A stretch of 64,000 nt of DNA from Planctomycetota bacterium (lineage in GTDB: Bacteria > Planctomycetota > UBA8108 > UBA1146), in the NCBI GenBank assembly GCA_018694835.1, contig JABHOG010000007.1, positions 5,525-69,524 on the forward strand, given 5' to 3'. The position numbers and the translations under genes are program-made. The notes beneath the pieces were generated by a model. It searched no databases. It worked only from the letters and a program-made list of their open reading frames with translations, and was not told the origin of the DNA. This document shows positions 38,646 through 47,962 of this stretch, in pieces. Numbering within the stretch: the first letter of the stretch is position 1; every line of letters begins with the position of its first letter.

Positions 38646-40976
38646 TTACTCCTTGGCGGCACTCTTCGCGGCACCGTCTCCTCCTCCGGGGAGGACCCTC
38701 TGCAGTGCCGGCAATAGCACCAGCGCTCCAATCATGTTTCCGGCAAACATGAAGCAAAGCAACAATCCCATGTCCGCCTGCAATTTCAGGTCGGAGTAGA
38801 TCCAGGTGGCGACTCCCAGGGCCAGCGTCAACCCGGTCACCAGAACCGCATTGCCGGTGCGCTTCAGAGAGACCAGATAGGCCTTCTCCAGATCCGCTCC
38901 AGCGCGCCGTGACCGCATCAACTGGGTGGTGATGTAGATGCCGTAATCGACTCCGATTCCGACCCCCAGTGCGGCCACCGGCAAGGTCGAGACCTTCAAG
39001 CCGATGTCGAAGATCACCATCAGGGCGTAGCACAGAATACTCACCAGGATCAACGGCAAGATCACACACAGCGTCGCCCGGATGCTGCGAAATGCCAGCA
39101 GTCCCAGGGCGATCACGACCAGGTAGATGGTGACGAGCATCTCCATCTGGGCGGCGGCCACCACCTGATTGGTAGCGGCCATCACACCGACATTTCCAGT
39201 CGCCAGGCGAAAATTGACCTTCTCTGAGTTCAGTTCTGCACCGTATTTCTCGACTGCCGCGGTCACTCGATTGATCGTCTCCGCCTTGTGATCCTCGGTG
39301 AAGATCAACACCGGTAACACGCTCGCATCCGAGTTCAACAAGCCGGTGGAGGTCTCGATACTGCTCAGTGCTTGCGCCAGGATCTCGCTATTTCTTGGCA
39401 GCTCCCGCCACTTGGGCGATCCTTCGCTCCAGGCGGCGGCAAGAATCCTGGCGGCCATCGGCAAGGAGATGGCCGAGCGGACTCCATCGATGTTGGAGAT
39501 CCTCCAGTGGAACTCGTCGATCCGGTCCATCACGTCATGATCGATACTGGCGTTGGGGACCGTTTCGACGATCACGGTGATCAGGTCGACCCCGATGGAA
39601 AATGAGTGTGCGATGTTGCGGGTATCGACGTTGTAGCGCGATTGGGAGTGCAACTCCGGTAAACCTTCGTTGGCATCGCCAATGATGACCTCATCGGCAC
39701 GGCTCCAGCCCCAGTACACCGCAGCGATGGAGACCAATACCAGTACCACCGCCACCGGTCCTCGAGTGCAAGCAGCCAGTCGTTGCCACAGGGAATCTCG
39801 TAACGGCGTCGGTTTTGCCATCCGCTCGGCGAAGGAGTTCTCTACCTTCATCCCGCCCAGCAATAACGGAAGCAGCACGAAGCCGGTGGCAAAGATCAGC
39901 ACCACCCCCACCGCGGACATCACCGCCAGGTGCTGGATCACACCGATCTCGATGAAGAGCAGGGTCAGAAACCCGACGGAATCACTACAAAGCGCCACGC
40001 CGCCAGGAAGGAGTAATTGACGAAAGGCGACCCGTGCGGCGGTCCTTGCATCGGCGCCCTCGACGATGGCTCCGGAGAAAGCACCTGTCATCTGCACCCC
40101 GTGGGACATTCCGATGGCAAAGATGAGGAATGGCACCAGGATCGACATCGGATCGAGTCCGTAACCGAGGGTCGTGATGGTTCCAAGGGTCCAGATCACT
40201 GCCAGCAAGGAGCAGGCCATCGGGAGCAGTGTCAATCGCCAGGAACCGGAGAAGGAGCGCACCAGGAATGCCGTCACCAGCAAGGCGATGGCAAAGAACC
40301 CGACCACCAGAACCGCGCCGCCGGCGATATCTGAAATCGCTTTCGCGAAACCGATGATGTGAATAGCGATGACGTCGTCTTCGTGGGGTAAACGGACCAT
40401 CTCCTCGAGCAGGTTCCCCACCACGATGGGATCCGGTTTCAGCTTGGTGATGGGATCCTGCTCGACCAGCGTTGCGGTGACCATCGCTGCCGAGAAATCG
40501 TTGGCCACCAGTCTGCCCACCTGGCCCGAGTAGAGAACATTCTCCCTGACCTGCTCGGCCATCTCTGCAGTCGGTTGCCATTCCGCAGGCACCACATTAC
40601 CGCCCTCGAATCCACCCTCGACGATGCGCACGAATCGAACGTTGGGAGTGAAGATGGATTTGACCGAGGTGCGATCGACGCCAGGAACTTCCATCAGAGC
40701 GTAGGTCACTTCACGGACCCGCTCCAGCGCAGCAGGATCGAACAGGTCTCCGTCCTTGGCCCGAACCGAGATCAACAATCGATTCGCCCCGCCGAATTGC
40801 TCTCGATGCTTGACGAAGGTCTCCATGTAAGGGTGGCTGAGCGGAAGTTGCTTCTCGAATCCCGCGTCGATGGCCAACCGACCGGCCTGTACCGTCAGCA
40901 GTACAGATACGACCGCGAGCAGCCACAGCATCCTTCGTCGGTGATCGAAGATCAGTTTTTCAAGCCAAGTTGTCAT
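38646..40976 (-). CDS. MMPL/RND-superfamily transporter
   Basis: Two repeats of TM + large loop + 5 TM; motifs AIGMSHGVQ and GVGIGVDYGIY; found with DUF1302, DUF1329 and YCF48 genes. Confidence 0.9.
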   Translation of the reverse strand: MTTWLEKLIFDHRRRMLWLLAVVSVLLTVQAGRLAIDAGFEKQLPLSHPYMETFVKHREQFGGANRLLISVRAKDGDLFDPAALERVREVTYALMEVPGVDRTSVKSIFTPNVRFVRIVEGGFEGGNVVPAEWQPTAEMAEQVRENVLYSGQVGRLVANDFSAAMVTATLVEQDPITKLKPDPIVVGNLLEEMVRLPHEDDVIAIHIIGFAKAISDIAGGAVLVVGFFAIALLVTAFLVRSFSGSWRLTLLPMACSLLAVIWTLGTITTLGYGLDPMSILVPFLIFAIGMSHGVQMTGAFSGAIVEGADARTAARVAFRQLLLPGGVALCSDSVGFLTLLFIEIGVIQHLAVMSAVGVVLIFATGFVLLPLLLGGMKVENSFAERMAKPTPLRDSLWQRLAACTRGPVAVVLVLVSIAAVYWGWSRADEVIIGDANEGLPELHSQSRYNVDTRNIAHSFSIGVDLITVIVETVPNASIDHDVMDRIDEFHWRISNIDGVRSAISLPMAARILAAAWSEGSPKWRELPRNSEILAQALSSIETSTGLLNSDASVLPVLIFTEDHKAETINRVTAAVEKYGAELNSEKVNFRLATGNVGVMAATNQVVAAAQMEMLVTIYLVVIALGLLAFRSIRATLCVILPLILVSILCYALMVIFDIGLKVSTLPVAALGVGIGVDYGIYITTQLMRSRRAGADLEKAYLVSLKRTGNAVLVTGLTLALGVATWIYSDLKLQADMGLLLCFMFAGNMIGALVLLPALQRVLPGGGDGAAKSAAKE

Positions 40977-41998
40977 TGGCCAGCCTTCCCCGAGCCTTGC
41001 GACTTCACGGGAGAGGGCCGATCGAAGTTGCGGTATCCCTTATCGCCTAGAAACTGGAGATTCCCATCCGGTAAAAGGATGGCAGTGCTGATGATTCTTC
41101 GCTCCTCTGGTGAGACATCGGACCAGTTTCCGTCCGCTGAACGATGAAGGGCGCGCCCCTCATCACCAACCACGATCACTTCATCCGTGCCGACCCTGCA
41201 GCCGCCGAAGAGTGCCGCCTCCGATCCGGAATCGATACGCTTCCAGCGACCAGGATGTCCCTCCCACAGGTTGCCACGCAAACCCATCACGATGATGGAA
41301 TCGGGGCTGTCGATCATCACGTGGAAGAAAGTGCCGTCGTAAGGGCTCTCCAGTACAGTCCACTCGTCTCCTCCATCTCGACTCTCGAAGATGGAACCAA
41401 ACTCTCCGGTGACGACCAGCCGTTCAGCGGATTTCTGAAGTGAATAGAGGTGCGGGCCATCTTCCGAGATCAGCTCTTGCTTCCAGTGATCCCCGCCATC
41501 ATCGCTGATCAGCAGCGTGCCGAAAGCGCCCACCGCAACTACACGTGAATCCCCGATGGCCTGAATCGAGAAGAGCCCCAGATCCGCTTCGGGATCGCAG
41601 TACACCGATTGCCAGCTGAGACCGGAGTCGCGCGATCGCAACACGGTGGTGTCGTGGCCCACGGCAAAGGCGGTCCCCTGAGAATCGAGGATAATCGCCG
41701 TCAGCATGCGCCGAGTCGGAGCTTCGATCTGCTGATACGTTTTGCCACCATCGGCGGAACGGAGAATCAAACCGTGATTCCCCGAAACCAGCACCACATC
41801 ACCGACGCAGGTCGCTCCGACCAGCAAGGCAGATTCCGCCTTGTCCGCCATATGCGAGCGATCAGCGACGGTGGGATCATCCTCTACCCTCGCTTCAGCC
41901 GGGTCGATGCAGAAGGAGAGGAGGAAAGCTCCTACCAGTGCCAGAGACAGCACCAGCGTGCGCCAATCAGTCAGGATCACCACCACCGCTCGATTCAT
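40973..41998 (-). CDS. YCF48/BNR (Asp-box) beta-propeller protein
   Basis: Repeated SxDGGxxW Asp-boxes (SADGGKTY, SRDSGLSW, SDDGGDHW, SRDGGDEW) and AVG..G motifs; N-terminal signal. Confidence 0.88.
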   Translation of the reverse strand: MNRAVVVILTDWRTLVLSLALVGAFLLSFCIDPAEARVEDDPTVADRSHMADKAESALLVGATCVGDVVLVSGNHGLILRSADGGKTYQQIEAPTRRMLTAIILDSQGTAFAVGHDTTVLRSRDSGLSWQSVYCDPEADLGLFSIQAIGDSRVVAVGAFGTLLISDDGGDHWKQELISEDGPHLYSLQKSAERLVVTGEFGSIFESRDGGDEWTVLESPYDGTFFHVMIDSPDSIIVMGLRGNLWEGHPGRWKRIDSGSEAALFGGCRVGTDEVIVVGDEGRALHRSADGNWSDVSPEERRIISTAILLPDGNLQFLGDKGYRNFDRPSPVKSQGSGKAGQ

Positions 41999-42015
41999 GA
42001 TGCACCTTCCATGAT

Positions 42016-42059
42016 GAAAAGAAGCCGGGCGGGTGGGGTCTGTTCCCCGCCCGCCCGGC
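42016..42059 (-). terminator. intra-operon terminator-like hairpin between the DUF1329 and YCF48 genes
   Basis: 15-bp GC stem (14/15 paired) with a 6-nt loop, followed by TTCTTTTC on the minus strand, immediately before the YCF48 RBS. Confidence 0.65.
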
Positions 42060-42089
42060 AGCTGATCTGCACCTGGGGGTCAGATGCGA

Positions 42090-43457
42090 CTATCTTCGTC
42101 CACGTCGCGAAAGTGCTGCAGGAGAAAAGTCCTTGTCTCGTAGGGTCACATCAAATCGTTCCACCTGACCGGGAGCATTGAATCCAATGGCGAGATAGCG
42201 GCCATTCTGCAGATCATAGTGCGCCAGCAGGGAATCGTAGAGGATGGGAATGTCGTAATAGACGATGGGATACGCCTCGGACACTCGCCAGATCTTGCCT
42301 GAGTTGTCGTACTGATCGACCACCAGCGGCTGCCATGAATCTTCATCGAAGTGCATGACGCGCTTGGCGTAGAGATGACTGGTGCCCGACTTGACCGTGG
42401 CCTCCACCTTCCAGACCCGGTGATGCTCATAGCGAAGCAGATCCGGGTTCAGGTGTCCTGCCCGGATCATCTGATCCGGATCGACCTCGGCATTGTGAGA
42501 CTTGTAGCAGTTGTAGGGGACGATCATCTCCTGGCGACCGATCAACTTCCAGTCGTAGCGCTCGGGACTGCCATTGAACATGTCGAACTGGTCATTGGTC
42601 CGCTGACCATCGCTGGCGGTTCCAGGATTGTCGAAGGCCACCTGTGGCGCACGGCGTACGCGTCGCAGTCCAGCGCTGTAAACCCAGGCCTTACGAGGTT
42701 CCTGAGCCTGATCCAGCGACTCGTGGACATGCAACTTGGTGCCCGCCAGTCGCGGTGGGGAAATCACTCCCTGGTAGAACTTGGCCAGAATATTGTCCGA
42801 ATTCGCCGAACTCATTCCCTCACGGTTGTAACGCCACATCACCTGCTCTTCGATGCGCACCATCACGAAACTCCCATCGGGAGTGGGAGCCACCTGACCG
42901 ATGGTGCGGGCCATCACTTCGCCGCGGTAGCGCAGCATGTGATTCCACAGCACTTCCAGTCCACTCTTGGGCATCGGGAAGGGAGAGGTACGGCGGCAGT
43001 CCTTGACGCCATTGCCGTCGGCGGTCAATGAAGCAGTTTCTGCGTTCTCGAGGGCAGCCTTGTAGATGTCTTCCGGATAACAAGCACTGCGTCGCGAAGG
43101 GTACACATTCATGTACCAGCTGTCGGGGTAGCGCTCGAACATCGCGACCTGCCCGGCAGAGAGGAACTTGGAGTATTTCTGGTAGTTCTCACCATCGATC
43201 TTGTACAGCGGTTTGTCGCTGGCAAACGGATCGACATAGTGATCCCCAGGCTTCCAGCCGGCAGGAATGGTGTTGTATCCGCCGGTCCAGGGAGGAATCG
43301 TTCCCGCCTTAGATCCGCTTCCATTGCCCGCCTGGATGGCGCCCATTGCGGTGAGTTCCTTGCCCAGTTCAGGGCCGTCCGCCGCAGATGGTACCGTTGC
43401 AACCAGGCCAATGGCTCCCAGTAGCAACAAGCCGAGGACGATCTTTCGATTCAACAT
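42090..43457 (-). CDS. DUF1329 domain protein (periplasmic, LolA-like fold)
   Basis: Motifs LTAMGAIQAGN, GTIPPWTGG, PFPMPKSGLEVLWNH, RKAWVYSAGLRRVRRAP, RYDWKLIG, RYEHHRVWKVEAT and HLYAKR..FDEDSW. Confidence 0.9.
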   Translation of the reverse strand: MLNRKIVLGLLLLGAIGLVATVPSAADGPELGKELTAMGAIQAGNGSGSKAGTIPPWTGGYNTIPAGWKPGDHYVDPFASDKPLYKIDGENYQKYSKFLSAGQVAMFERYPDSWYMNVYPSRRSACYPEDIYKAALENAETASLTADGNGVKDCRRTSPFPMPKSGLEVLWNHMLRYRGEVMARTIGQVAPTPDGSFVMVRIEEQVMWRYNREGMSSANSDNILAKFYQGVISPPRLAGTKLHVHESLDQAQEPRKAWVYSAGLRRVRRAPQVAFDNPGTASDGQRTNDQFDMFNGSPERYDWKLIGRQEMIVPYNCYKSHNAEVDPDQMIRAGHLNPDLLRYEHHRVWKVEATVKSGTSHLYAKRVMHFDEDSWQPLVVDQYDNSGKIWRVSEAYPIVYYDIPILYDSLLAHYDLQNGRYLAIGFNAPGQVERFDVTLRDKDFSPAALSRRGRR

Positions 43458-43469
43458 TGAGGTCTCCTC

Positions 43470-45284
43470 CTAGAATGAGTAACTGGCGGTGAGGGACATG
43501 AAATCTCGGTCGTTACGCAGGTTGTATCGACTACCGCCGAACGAGTTGGTGTAACCGAGTTTGACATCCCACAATCCGAGGGCTCCGACCGCTACCGAGG
43601 TGCTGAGGCCCTTGCGCCCCTCGATGAAGTTCGCCACGGGTACCGGTGAGGTCCCCTCGACGTCATGAGAAAATGCGACGATTGGCGAGACCGCCAGCGA
43701 ACCGATGGCGTTGTAATAGGTCAACTTGATCAGCGCCTTGTACCCCATCGAAAGGGCGTCCGGGAACGCAGACAGCGGCTCAGTTCCAGGCTGGATTCCC
43801 AGGCCGGTGAAGAGGTCGGTTCCACTGGTGTAGGTTCCTGTCGCCTCGTAGCGGAAGTTCGCCTGGTCTTCCATTTCGTTGACGTAGGTCGCTGCGAATT
43901 CACCGACCATTGCAGCCTGGTCGGCACCGAGCAGACCCGCCATCACCTTGGTCAGACTGAACTGAGCCTGGGCGACATCCTTGCGATTGAAACCATGAAT
44001 CGTCTCACCGTAATCAAATGCACCGATGGTGCTCTGACCGAACACCCCATTGAGGGGGGACAGTGCAGCAAAGAGGATCTCCACATCATCGACCTGCAAC
44101 GGCTGGTCGATGTGAAGGGAGGCTTCCCCCTGCAGAGCGATCCCGGTATTTCCAAGGTCAGAGTTGAAACTGATCCCGAAGGTATCGATATCTTCAGGGT
44201 ACTCGAGGAAGTACTCGGCAGAGCCGCCGTAGTCGCCGGCTGCGACCCCTGCTGGAGTTCCGGTGATGGCACTGATGATGGGCAGTCGACTGTGTAGATG
44301 AGTGTAGAACAGGCCGACCTCGGTACCGCCCAGTTCCTCGATGAACCAGCGAGCGGAGAGACCGTACTGGCCGAGGTCATCGGGAGTCCTGTCGCCGGTG
44401 CGATGTACTCCCACTCCTATCGGTGAGTTGTAAGTGGGATTGGTACCAATCGGTCCTGGAACCGGAGTATCGACGATCTGGTCGTCGACACCGAAGCCCA
44501 GCAACACGTGGTTTCCACCCGGACTGGCGATATCAGTGACCGAGAAGTAGGTGCCGAGCGGTTCGAGTCGAGTCGGGCGCCAGCCGAGCTGGTAAAAGCC
44601 CTGCAACACGACGGTATCGGAGAGATCGTAGTCGAACTTGGCAGCCGGAATCGGTACCAGTGCTTCCTTGATCTCTGAACCGGCGGCTCGCAGTTTCGAC
44701 AGATCGACCGGGTTGATGGTGTTGAGACCATTCTGGATGAAGGTACTCTCCCCCCAGTTGATCACCTGGCTTCCCAGGGTCACCGTCAACGGATTGTCGA
44801 TGTTGCCAAAATCTCCGCGGATCCACGCATCGAGCAGGATCGCATTCTGGCCCGCAAACCGCTCTGCAGTGCCATTCAATGCGGGGCGGCCTTCAGCGAG
44901 AACATCGCCTTCACGGACGGCAAAGTCGGTGAAGTAAAATCCTCTCACAAAAACAAAGTAATCGTCGACATCGAAGGAGATCTCGTGCAGCACCTTGAGG
45001 TTTTGCGAGAAGATATCCCCTACATCGTAATTGAGGTTTCCGTCATCCCCGTTGAGGGAGTGTCCGGTACCGCCATTGGTGGTTCCGACGATACTGGGAT
45101 CTCGATCCGAGACTCTCCAGGAAAGCCCAGCGGAGACGGTGGTATCGAAGTGTCCCGTGACCTTTCCATGGATCAGGTCGAACTCGATGGCTCCGGCGAT
45201 GACTGGTGCCAGGGTAAAGATGGTCACGAAGAGAGCGGCTTGTAACCGTGCTCGTGATCCAAGCGGGGAACGAGATCCTCGCAT
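43470..45284 (-). CDS. DUF1302 domain outer-membrane beta-barrel protein
   Basis: Motifs FDTTVSAGLSWRV, NGDDGNLNY, GSQVINWGESTF, HSRLP and EYPEDI; C-terminal DRDFMSLTASYSF BamA-type signal. Confidence 0.9.
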   Translation of the reverse strand: MRGSRSPLGSRARLQAALFVTIFTLAPVIAGAIEFDLIHGKVTGHFDTTVSAGLSWRVSDRDPSIVGTTNGGTGHSLNGDDGNLNYDVGDIFSQNLKVLHEISFDVDDYFVFVRGFYFTDFAVREGDVLAEGRPALNGTAERFAGQNAILLDAWIRGDFGNIDNPLTVTLGSQVINWGESTFIQNGLNTINPVDLSKLRAAGSEIKEALVPIPAAKFDYDLSDTVVLQGFYQLGWRPTRLEPLGTYFSVTDIASPGGNHVLLGFGVDDQIVDTPVPGPIGTNPTYNSPIGVGVHRTGDRTPDDLGQYGLSARWFIEELGGTEVGLFYTHLHSRLPIISAITGTPAGVAAGDYGGSAEYFLEYPEDIDTFGISFNSDLGNTGIALQGEASLHIDQPLQVDDVEILFAALSPLNGVFGQSTIGAFDYGETIHGFNRKDVAQAQFSLTKVMAGLLGADQAAMVGEFAATYVNEMEDQANFRYEATGTYTSGTDLFTGLGIQPGTEPLSAFPDALSMGYKALIKLTYYNAIGSLAVSPIVAFSHDVEGTSPVPVANFIEGRKGLSTSVAVGALGLWDVKLGYTNSFGGSRYNLRNDRDFMSLTASYSF

Positions 45285-45640
45285 GCTGGTGTACCTCCTT
45301 GCTGAGATGAACGCTTCGATGACTCCCGGGGAGTGGTGCCAGACATCCGGCGGGCCTCCGACGAGATCATCCGGACTCTCGAGAGATGAGTTTGATAGGT
45401 GTCGTCATGACAGAGTGGTCATAACCGCAAGAGAAAGGTCCCACCTCTCCCTCATCACACACACACCTCGACTGCTCACTTCTCGCCATTTCCTCCGGAA
45501 CAAAGCGTCTACGAGCAGGGAAGATACGGGATTGACAGGGCATCAGACAAGCATCATCTGCTCTGGCAATCTCAACTCTTCTGGTTCAAAGTGTCCGGGA
45601 AGTGCAAATAGACTGCAAATCTGCCGACAGGGAGCCCAAG

Positions 45641-46087
45641 ATGACCGATGGAAATCACCAAAATCAGCCAACTGCGCAAGATTACTGGCCCTTACAACTT
45701 CCCATCGTGGTGGCCTGGGGTGACATGGATGCCCTCGGCCATGTCAATAACACCCGATTCTTGCGCTGGTTCGAGGATGCCCGTTTCGAGGTGTTTCAGC
45801 GCATCGGATCGAGAGAACTGGGTCCTCACACCGGCAGCGGGCCGATCCTCGCCCGGGTCGAGTGCATCTTTCGCAGCCCGGTCCAGCATCCCGACACCGT
45901 CACCTCGATGATCCGGGCCTCCGACATCGGCACCGATCGGTACACCCTGGAACATCGCCTCGAGTCGCAACAACAGGGCAAGGTGGTCGCTCTGGGCACT
46001 TCCCGCATCGTCGAGATCGATTATCGAACAGGCGAAAAGGTCGCCCTCAGTGATGAGGTGCGGGCCCAACTCGCAGAACTGCGCTGA
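45641..46087 (+). CDS. acyl-CoA thioesterase (4HBT/YbgC-FadM hot-dog family)
   Basis: Motif VAWGDMDALGHVNNTRFLRWFEDAR; GGGAG RBS before ATG 45641. Confidence 0.9.
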   Translation: MTDGNHQNQPTAQDYWPLQLPIVVAWGDMDALGHVNNTRFLRWFEDARFEVFQRIGSRELGPHTGSGPILARVECIFRSPVQHPDTVTSMIRASDIGTDRYTLEHRLESQQQGKVVALGTSRIVEIDYRTGEKVALSDEVRAQLAELR

Positions 46088-46951
46088 TCAACAGTCCGGG
46101 AACATCGATCCGGGACCATCCAAGAATAGATCTGGCAGTGGTGCGACCCCCTCGACAGTGGCATAGGAATCGGGATCGACTCCCCGCTCTCGCAGCACAT
46201 CCTCGTCGATGAAGAAGTTACCGGTGACCTCTGCTGGATCTCGCTCGACGATGGCGTGCAGGGCATCGGCGACGATTTCGGGCCTGCGCGTCGCTCTGCG
46301 ATCCATTCCCGGAATCAACCGTAGTGCTTCGGTGTCGATGACGGTACGGGGCCAAAGACCGTTGACCGCGATACCGAGCGGTTTCAGTTCTTCACTCATC
46401 CCGAGCACGCACAGACTCATCCCATACTTGGAGATGGTGTAGGCGGTATGCCGCGCAAACCAGACCGGTCGCAGCGAGAGCGGCGGCGAGAGATTCACCA
46501 CGTGTGCTCCATCGCCATGACTCATCGCTTCGATGGCGGCCCGGGTGAAGGTGTAGGTTCCTCTCACATTGACATCGAACATCAGATCGACTCGCTTCAT
46601 CGGAGTCTGGCTCACCGGAGTCAGGGAGATGGCGCTGGCATTGTTGACCAGGATGTCGATTCTGCCGAAGCGATCCACCGCCGCGGCGACCGCTGCCTCG
46701 ACCAGTTCATCGTCGCGAATATCCATCTTGACGGCGAGCGCTTCACCGCCAGCATCCTCGACCATCTTCGCCGTCTCGTGAATCGTTCCAGGCAGTTGTG
46801 GATGAGGCTGGTCCGTCTTCGCCGCGATCACCACCTTGGCCCCGTCTCGCGCGGCACGCAGGGCGATCGCACGGCCGATTCCACGACTTCCTCCCGAGAT
46901 CATCATCACCTTGCCCGCCAGCGGCGTGGCTGGAGAAGATTGAGGATTCAA
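46088..46951 (-). CDS. SDR family oxidoreductase (HSDL2-like)
   Basis: Motifs ISGGSRGIGRAIA, AAKT..PHPQLPGTI, LVNNASAI, YTISKYGMS and VNGLWPRTVI. The TTG start overlaps the upstream TGA; GGAGG RBS. Confidence 0.9.
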   Translation of the reverse strand: MNPQSSPATPLAGKVMMISGGSRGIGRAIALRAARDGAKVVIAAKTDQPHPQLPGTIHETAKMVEDAGGEALAVKMDIRDDELVEAAVAAAVDRFGRIDILVNNASAISLTPVSQTPMKRVDLMFDVNVRGTYTFTRAAIEAMSHGDGAHVVNLSPPLSLRPVWFARHTAYTISKYGMSLCVLGMSEELKPLGIAVNGLWPRTVIDTEALRLIPGMDRRATRRPEIVADALHAIVERDPAEVTGNFFIDEDVLRERGVDPDSYATVEGVAPLPDLFLDGPGSMFPDC

Positions 46952-47766
46952 GACGCACCTCCTGTCGCTGATCTGTAATTGGGCGGTCGCTTCTCGATGA
47001 AAGCCTGTACCCCCTCGGAAAACTCGGTTCCTGCGGCACATTCTCCGAAGGAGAGTGCCTCCGCTTCCAGTACTTGCTCCAGCGTACCGCTGTCGTCACG
47101 AAGAAGCTTGCGCGTACGACCGAGAGCCTCTGTCGGTCCATTGGCCAGTTGCGTGCAAACTCGCATCGTTTCTTCCTCCAGTTGGTCCCGATCGACCGCA
47201 CGAGCGAAGAGTCCCCAGGAACAGGCGGTGTCTCCATCGATGCGCTCGTTGAGCAGTGCCAGTTGCATCGCTCGCTGACGACCGATCAAGCGCTGCAGTT
47301 GATAGGTCGATCCTCCGTCGGGACTGGTGCCGATGCCGGTGTAGGCGAGGGTGATCTTGCTGTCGCTGGCGCAGATCACCAGGTCGCACGCCAGCGCCAG
47401 ACTCAAGCCGAATCCAGCACACGCACCGTGTACCTGAGCCACCACCGGAATCGCCAGCCGATCGATGGCGAGGATGGTGCGATGTACCGAGCGAATCTCC
47501 TCGGCGACCACCTCACGCCGCTGATCCGGATCGGTACAACTGGCAAACATGCCGGCAAACCATCGTAGATCGCCGCCAGCCATGAAGCCGCGCCCCGCTC
47601 CCGTCAGTCGAAGCACCCGGATCGCCCGATTCTCAGCGGCCTCGGTGAGCACTGCCTCCAGTTCCTCGACCATCGTCCCGTCGAGGGAGTTCAAATGACC
47701 GGGCCGTTGCAGTGTCAGGGTGGCCAGGCCGCTGGCGTCTGGGCCTTCCCACTGGAGCGTTTCCAT
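46948..47766 (-). CDS. enoyl-CoA hydratase/isomerase (crotonase family)
   Basis: Motifs LTGAGRGFMAGGDL, VHGACAGFGLSLALACDL, IGTSPDGG and EGVQAFIEKRPP. Confidence 0.92.
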   Translation of the reverse strand: METLQWEGPDASGLATLTLQRPGHLNSLDGTMVEELEAVLTEAAENRAIRVLRLTGAGRGFMAGGDLRWFAGMFASCTDPDQRREVVAEEIRSVHRTILAIDRLAIPVVAQVHGACAGFGLSLALACDLVICASDSKITLAYTGIGTSPDGGSTYQLQRLIGRQRAMQLALLNERIDGDTACSWGLFARAVDRDQLEEETMRVCTQLANGPTEALGRTRKLLRDDSGTLEQVLEAEALSFGECAAGTEFSEGVQAFIEKRPPNYRSATGGAS

Positions 47767-47886
47767 CTATTTCTTCCTCTCACCGGTGCACTTCATCCGA
47801 CTTCAAAGCTCCTCATCGGACCTCATCCGCCTCATGGGGGCGCATGGTGCTGTCCAGGATCCCACAGCACAAGACAAGGGTAGATG

Positions 47887-47908
47887 GCGAACAGATGTTC
47901 GCTATCCT
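47887..47908 (+). promoter_or_regulatory. SOS box GCGAACAGATGTTCGC abutting a TATCCT -10 element upstream of the Y-family polymerase
   Basis: Perfect 6-bp arms GCGAAC-N4-GTTCGC at 47887-47902 and TATCCT at 47903-47908; same box-to--10 geometry as at lexA. Confidence 0.82.
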
Positions 47909-47962
47909 GTCCCACCCCGCTTGTCGCCCAGAAAGAAAAGAGCAAGAAAAGAAAGGACGCCC

